IMG/VR virus record: IMGVR_UViG_3300031553_000009 | Coordinates: 1 to 42,095 of that record | Reading direction: 5' to 3' (one strand) | DNA: 42,095 bases | From: a virus | Lineage: Duplodnaviria > Caudoviricetes | In this document: piece by piece, positions 19,088 through 27,950 of the stretch | Layout: each line of letters starts with the position of its first letter | Numbering within the stretch: the first letter of the stretch is position 1 | Made by a program: the position numbers and the translations under genes | Notes under the pieces: model-generated | Database searches by the model: none | Seen by the model: the letters and a program-made list of their open reading frames with translations, nothing else | What the model was told of the DNA's origin: nothing

Positions 19088-19255
19088 TTATTTCGTAATA
19101 GCGCTTTTACGCGCTTTGTTCTCATATTTGATTTGCTGAACGGCAGCATTGAACCTTTTGGAGTCCTGCTTTATCATCTCCGCTTCAACAAGAGTTTTGG
19201 CGTCAGTTTCTATTTGCCATTGTTTGTCTTCGCTAACTTTTGCAGTATTTGACAT
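19088..19255 (-). CDS. Small phage protein (55 aa, MSNTAKVSEDKQWQIETDAKTL...)
   Basis: GGAG SD and open frame; W..E.DA.TL..A..I..D..R pattern. Confidence 0.7.
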   Translation of the reverse strand: MSNTAKVSEDKQWQIETDAKTLVEAEMIKQDSKRFNAAVQQIKYENKARKSAITK

Positions 19256-19272
19256 TTGTTTTCTCCAAGACC

Positions 19273-19310
19273 AAAAAAAGGGGGCTCATTGGAGTTACCA
19301 ACGAGCCCCC
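19273..19310 (-). terminator. Intrinsic terminator
   Basis: GGGGGCTCGTTGG-TAACT-CCAATGAGCCCCC followed by T7. Confidence 0.8.
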
Positions 19311-19374
19311 GTAATAGGCTGCGATGATTACGGCATCTCAGCGGTAGCTAACCGCCTGTGCCTAACTTTTTTGG

Positions 19375-19548
19375 TCATTTTGTCTTTTTCTTATGCACTT
19401 CTCCTTTGTAAAATCCACCCTTTTTATCAATACATACATGGCAATACTGGCCGTCTTTAAGACCAAGTTTATTGCCGGCATGTGTATCAGCTTCTATCAT
19501 CATTACTCGGCCACCATTATCCACGCATTTATTGAATCCTTTAGGCAT
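19375..19548 (-). CDS. Small phage protein (57 aa, MPKGFNKCVDNGGRV...)
   Basis: Open frame between neighbours, with C/H residues and a basic tail. Confidence 0.7.
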   Translation of the reverse strand: MPKGFNKCVDNGGRVMMIEADTHAGNKLGLKDGQYCHVCIDKKGGFYKGEVHKKKTK

Positions 19549-19558
19549 CTCTTTTACC

Positions 19559-19915
19559 TTAACTGTAAATTATAGGAAAATGCCGTGCTTTTTGTATAAT
19601 TGATTCATTAACACCGTCCGGCTCAAATTCAGCTTGTATTGGAGCATCCTTTGGTAAGACCCATAGCTCTTTTATCTCGCCAGTTTTGTTATTTACCCGC
19701 CAACACATAGTATTGAGCATCATCGGCGGACATTTATCCCGCGGCGATACAACAATCCTCATCTTAGTATTATTTGAGTACCAGTCGGCTGTAGCCAGAA
19801 TATAATAAGGTTCTCGGCGATGGCTATTTTGGCGGATACATTTATCAAAAGCATTTTGAAATTTCGCCGTTATATCCGGCAATAATTCGCCTATCTGAAT
19901 CTTTTTCATGCCCAT
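19559..19915 (-). CDS. Hypothetical protein
   Basis: Coupled to the portal stop (TAATG). Confidence 0.7.
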   Translation of the reverse strand: MGMKKIQIGELLPDITAKFQNAFDKCIRQNSHRREPYYILATADWYSNNTKMRIVVSPRDKCPPMMLNTMCWRVNNKTGEIKELWVLPKDAPIQAEFEPDGVNESIIQKARHFPIIYS

Positions 19916-21828
19916 TATCGTCTCGTAATTGATTCTGTCCTTCCTGATGTCTCCAAAGTTTTAAGTTTATCAGTCAGATCCATCAATCTATCCCAATCCA
20001 TCTGTTCAAGTTCTTTGGCGGTCTTAATCCTTGCCAGTGCTGCATCCGCTTTGTGTTCTTCGACATTAGCTTCGCGTTCGGAGGCCCTGCCGAAATCTGC
20101 CGCAATCTTGGCCTGCCTCATCTGATCCAGTAATTGCTTTTCCCTTAACTGCTCGGCCTGAATTTGACGTTGCTGCTGCTGAGCTTTTAATATAGATTGT
20201 TTTAGTTTCTTTTTGAATTGGATCGGCGCCGCTTCTATTATGACTTCTTCCGGTATGGCAAATCCAGCTTGCTTCAAATGCAGCAGTTCCACATAGAACA
20301 TCTGATGTTGAGTTTCGGTGAGAATGCCTTCTTGCGGAGTACAATCGTATTGACTCAAATCATCTGTATAGAAATTAGGCGCGGGCATTTCATTTATGAT
20401 TCTGAATATCTTCTGCGGTGAATAGTTCTTCTGAAAGAATTTTATGAGTTTGAATCCTAATTGTTTTTTCGCAAAGCGAAGATTATCAAACAAATCTTGA
20501 AGCGCTACTATGCCCGCACCTTGGCGTAGCTTCATAAGATAGCCGGACATCTGCTGTTTTAGTTCTTCCGTGCCGAACATAGAGTCATTGACGCAGGCTA
20601 TCTCATTTATGAGAGCTTGAAGATCGTGATTGAGTTGAAATAAGCCCTGGGGTATATCTGATATTCTTCTTTCCTGAACTTTATTTTGACTAAGCGCACC
20701 GTCCTTTAACCAAATTCCCTTACCTTGTCCGGATGCGTGAATATCATCAGGATTTACAAGAGTATTTTCTTCCGCCATAAAACCAGATGATACTTGGCTA
20801 TCGATAATATCGAGGATTTTGGATGTGCGTTTGGAAAGTTCTCTTTGCGGGTCCCGAGTGGGCCTTACGACACCCTGCAGTTTTACGGAGTAATCGTCAT
20901 ACTCCGGATACCAAAAGCCCGCCACTAATACGTGAGGGTAATCATCTATCTTGTTCGGGTCATCAATCTTATTGACAACACATCTGCCATTGACAAAAGC
21001 CGAGAATTTGACTGTTTCGATATAATCATCATAAGAAACAAGCTGTAAAGGATATTGACTTGTGATCTGCTCAAGTTCCTCCTTGCTTTGACGCCAGACA
21101 AATTTCTGGCCGGCCCTTCGATTAGCCAATATTTTGATTTTTTTGGTAGTGCGTTCCCAGAACTCCTGATAGTTGCATCTTTTACCTTCTTCCCTGCCAC
21201 GACCGCGGTAAGCAGAGAAAGGCAAGATTCCGGTAGCACTATCGGCCTTGGCATATTCTTCAATTAGTTTGTCTTTTCCAGGTATTAGGCTTTTGACATC
21301 TTCGGTGAGCATTCCCTCCTCGTGAATGATAATATGAGAGCAATCTTTTAGGTCCCTGCGGGTAAAATGCGGATCGAGAAGGAATTTGTTATATGGCTTG
21401 CGAGCGAATTGAATGTTTCCCAATCGGTCTAAATATGGCTCGACAAGATTCATTCCTGTAATTAAAGAGCCCATTTCAAAGGCATCGCTAACTACTTCGT
21501 AGCCATGATTGTTCTCCATTAAGGGCATGATAATACCGGTCAGTTGATTGGCTACAGTATCATCCGATCTCTCGGACGGGCCTATTTTTAATACGAGCCG
21601 ATTCTTGCGTTCGTAACCACTAATTAGCTTAACTATTCGGCGGGTGATATTGAAATTGAGGATTTCACGATTCTGCTTTTGGAAATAATTCCTATCAGCT
21701 TCGGTCCATGGGTCTTTGAGCACATATTTGAAATCAGTATGTGCTTCATTAAGCCATGGATACCATAGGTCATAGGCGTTGTTAAAGGCCTCGTCAAAAT
21801 CTTTTTGTTTGTCTGCGTATTCTGCCAT
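19915..21828 (-). CDS. Portal protein (P22 gp1-like)
   Basis: 637 aa; LNFNI....VKLISGYERKNR, GVVR...DPQRE..KR, Q-rich C-terminal barrel. Confidence 0.92.
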   Translation of the reverse strand: MAEYADKQKDFDEAFNNAYDLWYPWLNEAHTDFKYVLKDPWTEADRNYFQKQNREILNFNITRRIVKLISGYERKNRLVLKIGPSERSDDTVANQLTGIIMPLMENNHGYEVVSDAFEMGSLITGMNLVEPYLDRLGNIQFARKPYNKFLLDPHFTRRDLKDCSHIIIHEEGMLTEDVKSLIPGKDKLIEEYAKADSATGILPFSAYRGRGREEGKRCNYQEFWERTTKKIKILANRRAGQKFVWRQSKEELEQITSQYPLQLVSYDDYIETVKFSAFVNGRCVVNKIDDPNKIDDYPHVLVAGFWYPEYDDYSVKLQGVVRPTRDPQRELSKRTSKILDIIDSQVSSGFMAEENTLVNPDDIHASGQGKGIWLKDGALSQNKVQERRISDIPQGLFQLNHDLQALINEIACVNDSMFGTEELKQQMSGYLMKLRQGAGIVALQDLFDNLRFAKKQLGFKLIKFFQKNYSPQKIFRIINEMPAPNFYTDDLSQYDCTPQEGILTETQHQMFYVELLHLKQAGFAIPEEVIIEAAPIQFKKKLKQSILKAQQQQRQIQAEQLREKQLLDQMRQAKIAADFGRASEREANVEEHKADAALARIKTAKELEQMDWDRLMDLTDKLKTLETSGRTESITRR

Positions 21829-21831
21829 AAT

Positions 21832-21882
21832 AAAAAAGCCCGATAGGACAAAAATCTATTTTTTAGTTATGTCCTACCGGGC
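21832..21882 (-). terminator. Terminator-like hairpin immediately before the portal start
   Basis: GCCCGGTAGGACA...TGTCCTATCGGGC followed by T6. Confidence 0.7.
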
Positions 21883-21911
21883 GATTTCTCGTGGTAAAGA
21901 AGTACGTCCGT

Positions 21912-22115
21912 CTATATTCTGATTGTCGTTTTACTGCCGAAGCATAAAGTGCCGTATTTTAATTTTCCATCGTGTACCTGAAATAATATCGCCAGCTCCG
22001 AAAATGGATACATCCCTGCATAACGGCGAAGGTTTGTAATGATGCGTTTCTCATCTTCGGAGAGTATTATAACCGATTCGCGCTGGACAGTCAAATTATT
22101 TTTTGCTTTGGCCAT
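21912..22115 (-). CDS. Small hypothetical protein (DUF2292-like motif)
   Basis: PFSEL.I..QVHDGK. Confidence 0.5.
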   Translation of the reverse strand: MAKAKNNLTVQRESVIILSEDEKRIITNLRRYAGMYPFSELAILFQVHDGKLKYGTLCFGSKTTIRI

Positions 22116-22139
22116 TCTGAATCAATTTAACTTTCAAAC

Positions 22140-22304
22140 TCATTTGTTGGTTCCATGTATCTGCTTTGATTCTATGACTTTGCTATCTATATGCTTACGA
22201 TATTGAACCCCCATAATTTCTTCATTTAATCCTATCATCTGAGCATAAAGCTTTTTTTCATACTCAGCAATAGGACTTTGAAATATAAAATCAATCAATC
22301 TCAT
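22140..22304 (-). CDS. Small hypothetical protein (54 aa, MRLIDFIFQ...)
   Basis: Open frame with a TAATG-coupled start. Confidence 0.45.
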   Translation of the reverse strand: MRLIDFIFQSPIAEYEKKLYAQMIGLNEEIMGVQYRKHIDSKVIESKQIHGTNK

Positions 22305-22329
22305 TAGTAAGGTCTCCCAAACTTATCCA

Positions 22330-22539
22330 TCACTTAGGCTCAAATTCAGAACAACCAAAATCAGGGGATGTATACAAATAAGCACAATCGCCTGAACCAG
22401 CTATTACCATCAAGTTTTTATTTGAATAATAATTTTCAGAACAAATTTGTTTTGCTTTTCGACAATGATATCTCTCGGTAGAATAAAAATTAACATCTTC
22501 TCCATCCCACCACTTACAATCTTTGCATTGCCCCATCAA
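22330..22539 (-). CDS. Small Cys-rich protein
   Basis: CKDCKWW...T.PDFGC..FE. Confidence 0.7.
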   Translation of the reverse strand: MMGQCKDCKWWDGEDVNFYSTERYHCRKAKQICSENYYSNKNLMVIAGSGDCAYLYTSPDFGCSEFEPK

Positions 22540-23975
22540 TATGGTCTCCTATGTCGATCCCAGATTTCATCTGCTTCTTCTGCAGTCATAGTTTCACCAC
22601 CTAATTTCTTTACGGCTTTGGAAGCATATCTTACCATATCAAAGCTGTGTTCGGTACCGTCTTTTTCCCGTTCAGAAGTAAAAACTGGTTTATCTTCGGT
22701 GCTCATCAATTTGTTTTTGCGTTGATGATGAGATTCCAAACATTCTATCAGACGTGCACAGTTTGTCTTGTGAAACCTGCATCTGTCGAGGAATTTCAAC
22801 ATTCGTTGAATCCCCTCATTTACACTAATCTCTTTCTTAAGCGGTTTAGCATTGAATTTGAATTGCCTCAAAGTCTCCAAAGCTGTCTGACCTGTAATCA
22901 CCCGTGTTGCATTGCTGTCCATATCACAGGGTACAATGATATCACCATATCTGTAACCGTAATCTTTAGCATAACTGTCGAACAGTTTTACGTAATCTTC
23001 TATTCCAAGGCCTGAATCCTCGTAGTGATTGATAAAATTCACATTTGTCTCGATAACCTGTATAAAACCTAACGCCGTGGTGTAGCCGAAATCCAAAACG
23101 ATGTAGACTGGATAATGAGGTAGATGGTCTAAAGTGTCCAGGATTCTGCCTTTTTTTCTTAGCTCTTCCATTTTGCGAGCACAATAAGCGCCTTCGGCGC
23201 CTTTCTCTGATATGTCACCCAGAACCCTAACATGATATTGGTCTGAATCCTTGCCGTATTTGAGCCTGATCCGCCGCTCATATTTCCTGCCATAGACACC
23301 GGGTATAATCTGCTTGCCTGTTTTGAAGTTAGGAGTATCGGTTACTGATATTTGAATTGTATTCCAGTCGGTACTTCTTAGTGCTTTTGGAAAATCGCCG
23401 AATTTGCTCGTCGCATTACCGATAGCCAGAACTCTTTTAAAAGGTGCTCCGATATGTTCTATCGCCCTCCATATCTCCGGCATTATGGCCGCAGCTTCGT
23501 CCAAGATTATCAAGACATACTCATTATGGATTCCTTGAAGTCTTGTGGCCTCTTGCGTTATTGTGTCCGGTCGCGTTGATAGCCCGAAAGCATACCATAT
23601 CACGCCTGTCTCCTGCTGCATATCCAACATTAGTGTAGTAGGTTTGCCGCCTAATGGTACTCTGGCATTTGTATGAGCACTGCGAATCTCCCTCCATAAC
23701 AAATTCTTAACTTGATGGCCGGAAGGTGCAAGAGTTACCACAGTTGAAGGATAATAGCTATAAATAAATGTTAAAGCTATCCTGCCTGCAGTATAAGTTT
23801 TAGATACTCCATGTCCAGCCCGTACCGCAGTTCTTTCGTAGTCACGAACAGAGTCGTTTACCTCCCTCATTTTGAACCATAAATGCTCCGGCTTTACATC
23901 AAGGACATGGATCATAAACCAGGAGTAATCACTCCGCCCTCGCTCCATCATTTTTAATACTTCACTTTTCATCAT
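22536..23975 (-). CDS. terL: Terminase large subunit
   Basis: Walker A-like AGHGVSKT, Walker B IILDEA, coupling motif IGNA, nuclease LDFG...H.FD..RY. Confidence 0.95.
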   Translation of the reverse strand: MMKSEVLKMMERGRSDYSWFMIHVLDVKPEHLWFKMREVNDSVRDYERTAVRAGHGVSKTYTAGRIALTFIYSYYPSTVVTLAPSGHQVKNLLWREIRSAHTNARVPLGGKPTTLMLDMQQETGVIWYAFGLSTRPDTITQEATRLQGIHNEYVLIILDEAAAIMPEIWRAIEHIGAPFKRVLAIGNATSKFGDFPKALRSTDWNTIQISVTDTPNFKTGKQIIPGVYGRKYERRIRLKYGKDSDQYHVRVLGDISEKGAEGAYCARKMEELRKKGRILDTLDHLPHYPVYIVLDFGYTTALGFIQVIETNVNFINHYEDSGLGIEDYVKLFDSYAKDYGYRYGDIIVPCDMDSNATRVITGQTALETLRQFKFNAKPLKKEISVNEGIQRMLKFLDRCRFHKTNCARLIECLESHHQRKNKLMSTEDKPVFTSEREKDGTEHSFDMVRYASKAVKKLGGETMTAEEADEIWDRHRRPY

Positions 23976-24372
23976 TCATAGCTTCGTGAATGGCCTGGGC
24001 AAAGGATTTTCCTATATCAGCTTCTATCTTGTCGGTGAACATTTTTAGATGCTTTCCTTGAAGCTCAGAGGCCCTCAATGCTGTGTGTAAGCTGTATCTA
24101 TCTTCAGCCTTTTGACGCACACGTTCAATATCAGTAAGGACTTTGGCTTTGTTAATACCTGAGATTTCTACAGCCTTATTCGTGGATTGTTTTTCGAGCT
24201 TTTGAAGATATGACTTAACGTGTGGTTTTCGTAGGGTTTTTTCTGCTTCTGTTCGAGCTGTCTCACCAGAACATTTGTATCCGGCAAGCTCGTAGGCTTT
24301 ACCTTTATTTGGTTTCTCCATTGATACATAAATATCTACGAGACGCTTCTGTAATGGAGTGAGTTTCTTCAT
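23962..24372 (-). CDS. terS: Terminase small subunit
   Basis: LTPLQKR...AY..AGY...L.KP.V...ALRASEL.GKHLKMFTD. Confidence 0.9.
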   Translation of the reverse strand: MKKLTPLQKRLVDIYVSMEKPNKGKAYELAGYKCSGETARTEAEKTLRKPHVKSYLQKLEKQSTNKAVEISGINKAKVLTDIERVRQKAEDRYSLHTALRASELQGKHLKMFTDKIEADIGKSFAQAIHEAMNDEK

Positions 24373-24379
24373 CCACTAT

Positions 24380-24408
24380 ATTATAATAAAAATGAGGGAT
24401 ATTTTCAA
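24380..24408 (-). promoter_or_regulatory. Sigma70-type late promoter; probably leaderless terS mRNA
   Basis: TTGAAA-17-TATAAT with 7 nt before the ATG and no SD. Confidence 0.7.
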
Positions 24409-24415
24409 GAAATGA

Positions 24416-24456
24416 TAATAAAGGTACTGCCATAATCCGTTAAGACAGTACCTTTT
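24416..24456 (-). terminator. Terminator closing the early/middle operon (possibly bidirectional)
   Basis: AAAGGTACTG...CAGTACCTTT inverted repeat. Confidence 0.6.
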
Positions 24457-24468
24457 GCCGTCTCACTA

Positions 24469-24648
24469 CTACCTTTCCGGCTCGTAGGCGATTCTACTGC
24501 CCAGATTATTTATATCTTCGCCTACATCAGCCGTCAGTTGTCCTACGCCATGTAATGTGGCGCAGCCCACCGCCAGGCATAATACGCCGGTCAGCAGAAT
24601 GATCCTTAGGACTTGACTTTGTTTGAGGTATTGTGTTAGATGTGCCAT
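24469..24648 (-). CDS. Entericidin-like small lipoprotein (59 aa)
   Basis: AGGAGG SD; hydrophobic leader and lipobox AVG-C, then ATLHGVG...VGEDI. Confidence 0.6.
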   Translation of the reverse strand: MAHLTQYLKQSQVLRIILLTGVLCLAVGCATLHGVGQLTADVGEDINNLGSRIAYEPER

Positions 24649-24797
24649 TGTCGTAACCTCCTAATCAGGTTGCGGCCAGCCCCAGGACGCTACAGACGCC
24701 GCTGGGGCACTTATCTTTGAGCCTCACGATAAGGCCCTTGTCAGATGAGATTTCGACATAATATACGCGTGACTTTAAGGCTTTTTGAGCATTTTAT

Positions 24798-24980
24798 TTA
24801 TGACTCACTCAAAAGACTGTTTGCCAGAATAAGCCATAGTAAACCAATAGTCATATTATCTCGCCAATCTCCTTTGTCAAATCCTAATAGATTTGCAATC
24901 GCTGCAACTAAAGCAAGAATCCCAGCTATACGCATTACAGATATAAGAACTCTTATAGCAATAACAATCGGTTTTTTCAT
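24798..24980 (-). CDS. Small two-TM membrane protein
   Basis: Two hydrophobic segments; coupled start. Confidence 0.6.
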   Translation of the reverse strand: MKKPIVIAIRVLISVMRIAGILALVAAIANLLGFDKGDWRDNMTIGLLWLILANSLLSES

Positions 24981-25270
24981 TGTTCACTCCTCAAGCTCAT
25001 TTCGACAAACTCTTTCACAGCATAGAAGGCGGTAGTTTCGCCTCGGCAAGTTTCTTTTTTCGTCTGTTGAAATACCGCCTTAAAAGCCATCCAGACTTTT
25101 TTATATTCATCCTTATATGGCTCTACAGCTTCCATCGCAGACTTCATATCATTGGCTGTAGGTGCAATAATTTCATCCTTTATGCAATTCAGAGCATAAT
25201 TCACCTTAAAGACAATCCACCATATTTCAAATGCAGTCATCTTATTCTTCTCTTTTAATATAGAGTCCAT
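24977..25270 (-). CDS. Hypothetical protein
   Basis: ORF in the minus-strand operon. Confidence 0.55.
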   Translation of the reverse strand: MDSILKEKNKMTAFEIWWIVFKVNYALNCIKDEIIAPTANDMKSAMEAVEPYKDEYKKVWMAFKAVFQQTKKETCRGETTAFYAVKEFVEMSLRSEQ

Positions 25271-25457
25271 GAATACTTCCTACATTCGGATCTGCCTTTT
25301 TATCTATCTGGATCTGCCGCTGCTGCGGCTTATACCACGATTGAGGCTCATGCTGAATCTTACAGCCAAATAGAACCAGTGAAATTATCAAAGCAGCGAA
25401 GGCTACTATTATGAGCCAACTAATAACAAAAAAACATCCGAGAACTATTTTACTCAT
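25242..25457 (-). CDS. Membrane/lipoprotein-like hypothetical protein
   Basis: Long hydrophobic N-terminus ending LFG-C. Confidence 0.55.
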   Translation of the reverse strand: MSKIVLGCFFVISWLIIVAFAALIISLVLFGCKIQHEPQSWYKPQQRQIQIDKKADPNVGSIHGLYIKREE

Positions 25458-25644
25458 CCTTTTTAATTCTCTCAGAAATTTTGCGGCGAAAACTTCTTAC
25501 TGGCATATTAAGTAGTTTCGCGGCCTTTGTACGATTGCCGTCAGCCCGTGCTAAAGCAATGGTTATAAGCTTATCTTCAATGTCATTCGTATCTAATAGC
25601 CTTAAGAACGAATCAAAACTGTCTTGAGCATTACTATTCATCAT
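25450..25644 (-). CDS. Fis-type HTH DNA-binding protein
   Basis: IALARADGNRTKAAKLLNMPVRSFRRKI. Confidence 0.85.
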   Translation of the reverse strand: MMNSNAQDSFDSFLRLLDTNDIEDKLITIALARADGNRTKAAKLLNMPVRSFRRKISERIKKDE

Positions 25645-25812
25645 TCAAACTTTTTCATTCCGGCGGTCCACCTTGTTCATCATTACCCGACATCCAATCC
25701 AACAGATCGCTTATAAAACTACAGAGCAAAGCAAGTACAAACCGAATCGCTCGATCCGGATATCGTATTATAGCCCCCAACAAAGATAGCCAGTCTTTAG
25801 TCTTGCTCATTT

Positions 25813-26007
25813 TTACTCTACCCCAGCCACCGAGAGCACTTCATCTATAGCATCATCAACAGACATTTCTTCATCAAAAAATTCTTTCCAGTCTTGTTGT
25901 ATTACATCGTTCGTGCTCTGAGGCAAAAAAGCAAGATTTGGATATTTACGAATAAGCGATCTACACTTTTTAAGTAATCTTCGTCTCCATTTAATCCATT
26001 TGCTCAT
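25813..26007 (-). CDS. Hypothetical protein
   Basis: W..FFDE.MS.DDAI.E motif. Confidence 0.65.
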   Translation of the reverse strand: MSKWIKWRRRLLKKCRSLIRKYPNLAFLPQSTNDVIQQDWKEFFDEEMSVDDAIDEVLSVAGVE

Positions 26008-26036
26008 TTTCTGCTTTCAAAGGCCAGCGGTCAGGA

Positions 26037-26231
26037 TTACGATGACTTTATTGCTATATTGATATTAAGTTCAGGAAGATGGTAAATCTTTTCTCCCTCT
26101 ACAATTTTAACTTTACCGGTACTCCATTCCACAATATCCTTCATACGAAGTTTTTTATTACCTGTTACTGTTTTTGCTTCATTAAGTATTGCTCGTTCAA
26201 GTTCTCTCATTCCCATTTTTTCACCTTTCAA
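26037..26231 (-). CDS. Hypothetical protein (start probably at MGMREL)
   Basis: SD-like GAAAGGTG before the internal ATG. Confidence 0.6.
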   Translation of the reverse strand: MKGEKMGMRELERAILNEAKTVTGNKKLRMKDIVEWSTGKVKIVEGEKIYHLPELNINIAIKSS

Positions 26232-26243
26232 TAAGCCAGCGGC

Positions 26244-26408
26244 TTATTTCACTTCATTAATTTCTACCTCGACTATTTCATCTCCTTCCTCCAAATCATA
26301 TACTGCTTCTCCTGTGGTACAATATAAAGTTGCGTGACAAATTTTTTTATAACAGTCAATCGATTTATCATAATACTTTTCGCCATTTTTAATCACATAC
26401 GCCTTCAT
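26244..26408 (-). CDS. Small hypothetical protein (54 aa, MKAYVIKNG...)
   Basis: AAGGGG SD; ends ...EIVEVEI. Confidence 0.65.
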   Translation of the reverse strand: MKAYVIKNGEKYYDKSIDCYKKICHATLYCTTGEAVYDLEEGDEIVEVEINEVK

Positions 26409-26466
26409 TTTTCCCCTTTTTTAGTATATAACTTGTTTTATTCATAAAAATCCTCTGAATATTTAT

Positions 26467-27000
26467 TCAGGGCCAATGAATTTCCCGCTCCATTTTTCTT
26501 CTATGTTCCATTATCCTTCTATGTCTTTCTCGACGAGGCACATGATGTTGAGCCCATAAAATAGCATGGCTTACTTTGTAAACTTCGCTTGATGAACTTT
26601 CTGAAAGAAATGTATATGTTGGTTTCTTAATTTCCGTCAATCCCCGATTAGATTTTTGTAGAAGTCCCCAAGGCTCGGTAATATCTTCTGGCTTTAATAA
26701 AAATCTTGATGCTATTATCCAATGTAAATCTCCTATAATTATTCCTTTTGCTGGCTTGCTATTTATATAGTCTGATTTGCTTACTTTTGAATCAAATACA
26801 AAAATTTTTTCTCCATAAAAACCTGATGTATAATACTGACAAAATCGATTTTGTAAGCAAGCTAAAGCAATGCCATCTGGTATGTAATTTGAACCATCTA
26901 TTGATACTTCAGTGGCCCAACACATTCCTCTTAAAGTCACTTTATAAGACAACCATTGTTCTGCTTTTTCTATCAATAAATCATGTTCGACTGATCTCAT
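26467..27000 (-). CDS. MmcB-like PD-(D/E)XK nuclease-fold protein
   Basis: IPDGIAL...VFDSKVSKSDY...WGLL. Confidence 0.65.
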   Translation of the reverse strand: MRSVEHDLLIEKAEQWLSYKVTLRGMCWATEVSIDGSNYIPDGIALACLQNRFCQYYTSGFYGEKIFVFDSKVSKSDYINSKPAKGIIIGDLHWIIASRFLLKPEDITEPWGLLQKSNRGLTEIKKPTYTFLSESSSSEVYKVSHAILWAQHHVPRRERHRRIMEHRRKMEREIHWP

Positions 27001-27011
27001 TTTTCCCTTTC

Positions 27012-27118
27012 AAAAGGCCAGCGGGCAGCGCGGCTGTCGGTCTGCACTTGTTGGCTATAGCCTTCTTTAGGAACTTAGTCCCTCGGTCGCAACGCTCGCA
27101 CGCCGCCGCTGGCCTTTT
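27012..27118 (-). ncRNA. Candidate structured RNA (long closing stem, multibranch interior)
   Basis: AAAAGGCCAGCGG-CGGCGTG...CGCGCTG-C-CCGCTGGCCTTTT with inner hairpins AGGGAC/GTTCCT and GGCT/AGCC. Confidence 0.45.
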
Positions 27119-27242
27119 AACATTTGCCACATATTTTAATAAATCGGTAAGCATCTCTACAGTAAGGGCAAATCCAACACAATAACGATTCGCACCAATA
27201 CATCGGAGAACAACAATAAGGACAAGATTTTTCGTTATGCAT
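27117..27242 (-). CDS. Cys-rich zinc-ribbon-like miniprotein (41 aa)
   Basis: CPYC...C...CPYC...CGKC. Confidence 0.55.
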   Translation of the reverse strand: MHNEKSCPYCCSPMYWCESLLCWICPYCRDAYRFIKICGKC

Positions 27243-27244
27243 AA

Positions 27245-27610
27245 TCATAATATCAATTCCGCTCCAGTCTCTTTGGCTGTCTGCTTACTGGCATCAGGCA
27301 TCACCTTCTTTAATTGACCTTCATCTATTAAATCTGGCCGATTTGTTGTTTTATACGTCATTGCTCCTTTTCTAATAAGGTCAAGAGCTTTCTCATATCC
27401 AGCGTTACTTTTCTGAGCAACTAAATGCGTTAAAAATTCTGCTGACATCATTAACATTTTGAACTCATCCTCACATTCTCCAATAAATAATTTCACTTTT
27501 CCTCTATGATTTTTCTTGGATTCAAATACTCTTATGTTTAACTCGCCGAATTGTCTTAAATCATTATCGTGGAGTTCTTTTTCCATATTTATCAAACCGC
27601 TTTCATCCAA
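27245..27610 (-). CDS. Hypothetical protein
   Basis: SD AGGAG; ORF in operon. Confidence 0.6.
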   Translation of the reverse strand: MDESGLINMEKELHDNDLRQFGELNIRVFESKKNHRGKVKLFIGECEDEFKMLMMSAEFLTHLVAQKSNAGYEKALDLIRKGAMTYKTTNRPDLIDEGQLKKVMPDASKQTAKETGAELIL

Positions 27611-27619
27611 ATAAAACTC

Positions 27620-27949
27620 CTATCCTTGTTGTCGGTAACAAATCCTTTGTCCCTTGAAACTTTTCGTTTGACCATGACAGTTGCCTGGAATTTCAGGATA
27701 TTTTCTGCACACTTCCGGTTTAGCATCATAACCATAATCCCTATGAATCTTACATGTTGCTATTCCATCTATCATCTGTAGCATTTGACACGGCAAACCA
27801 TCATAAATAGATTCTGTTTCATCTGCCAACTTTTGAAGGTCGGGATAATCGGTGAAGTCACCATTCCGCCAGAATGTCCGACCAACGATCATACAACATT
27901 GACCACATCGTAAACACTTGAATTGATTCTGATTCACTGGCAAATCCAT
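27620..27949 (-). CDS. YkgJ-like cysteine-cluster (Zn/Fe chelating) protein
   Basis: FKCLRCGQCC...C..L....CKIH...KPEVCRKYP. Confidence 0.8.
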   Translation of the reverse strand: MDLPVNQNQFKCLRCGQCCMIVGRTFWRNGDFTDYPDLQKLADETESIYDGLPCQMLQMIDGIATCKIHRDYGYDAKPEVCRKYPEIPGNCHGQTKSFKGQRICYRQQG

Positions 27950-27950
27950 T

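Noticed and set aside
855-24372. Alternative genetic code or stop-codon recoding
   Set aside because: Genes are full length and tightly packed under the standard code, and there is no suppressor tRNA.
24748-24780. dif-like half site (TTTCGACATAATATAC)
   Set aside because: Only one arm resembles dif; the second arm does not match.
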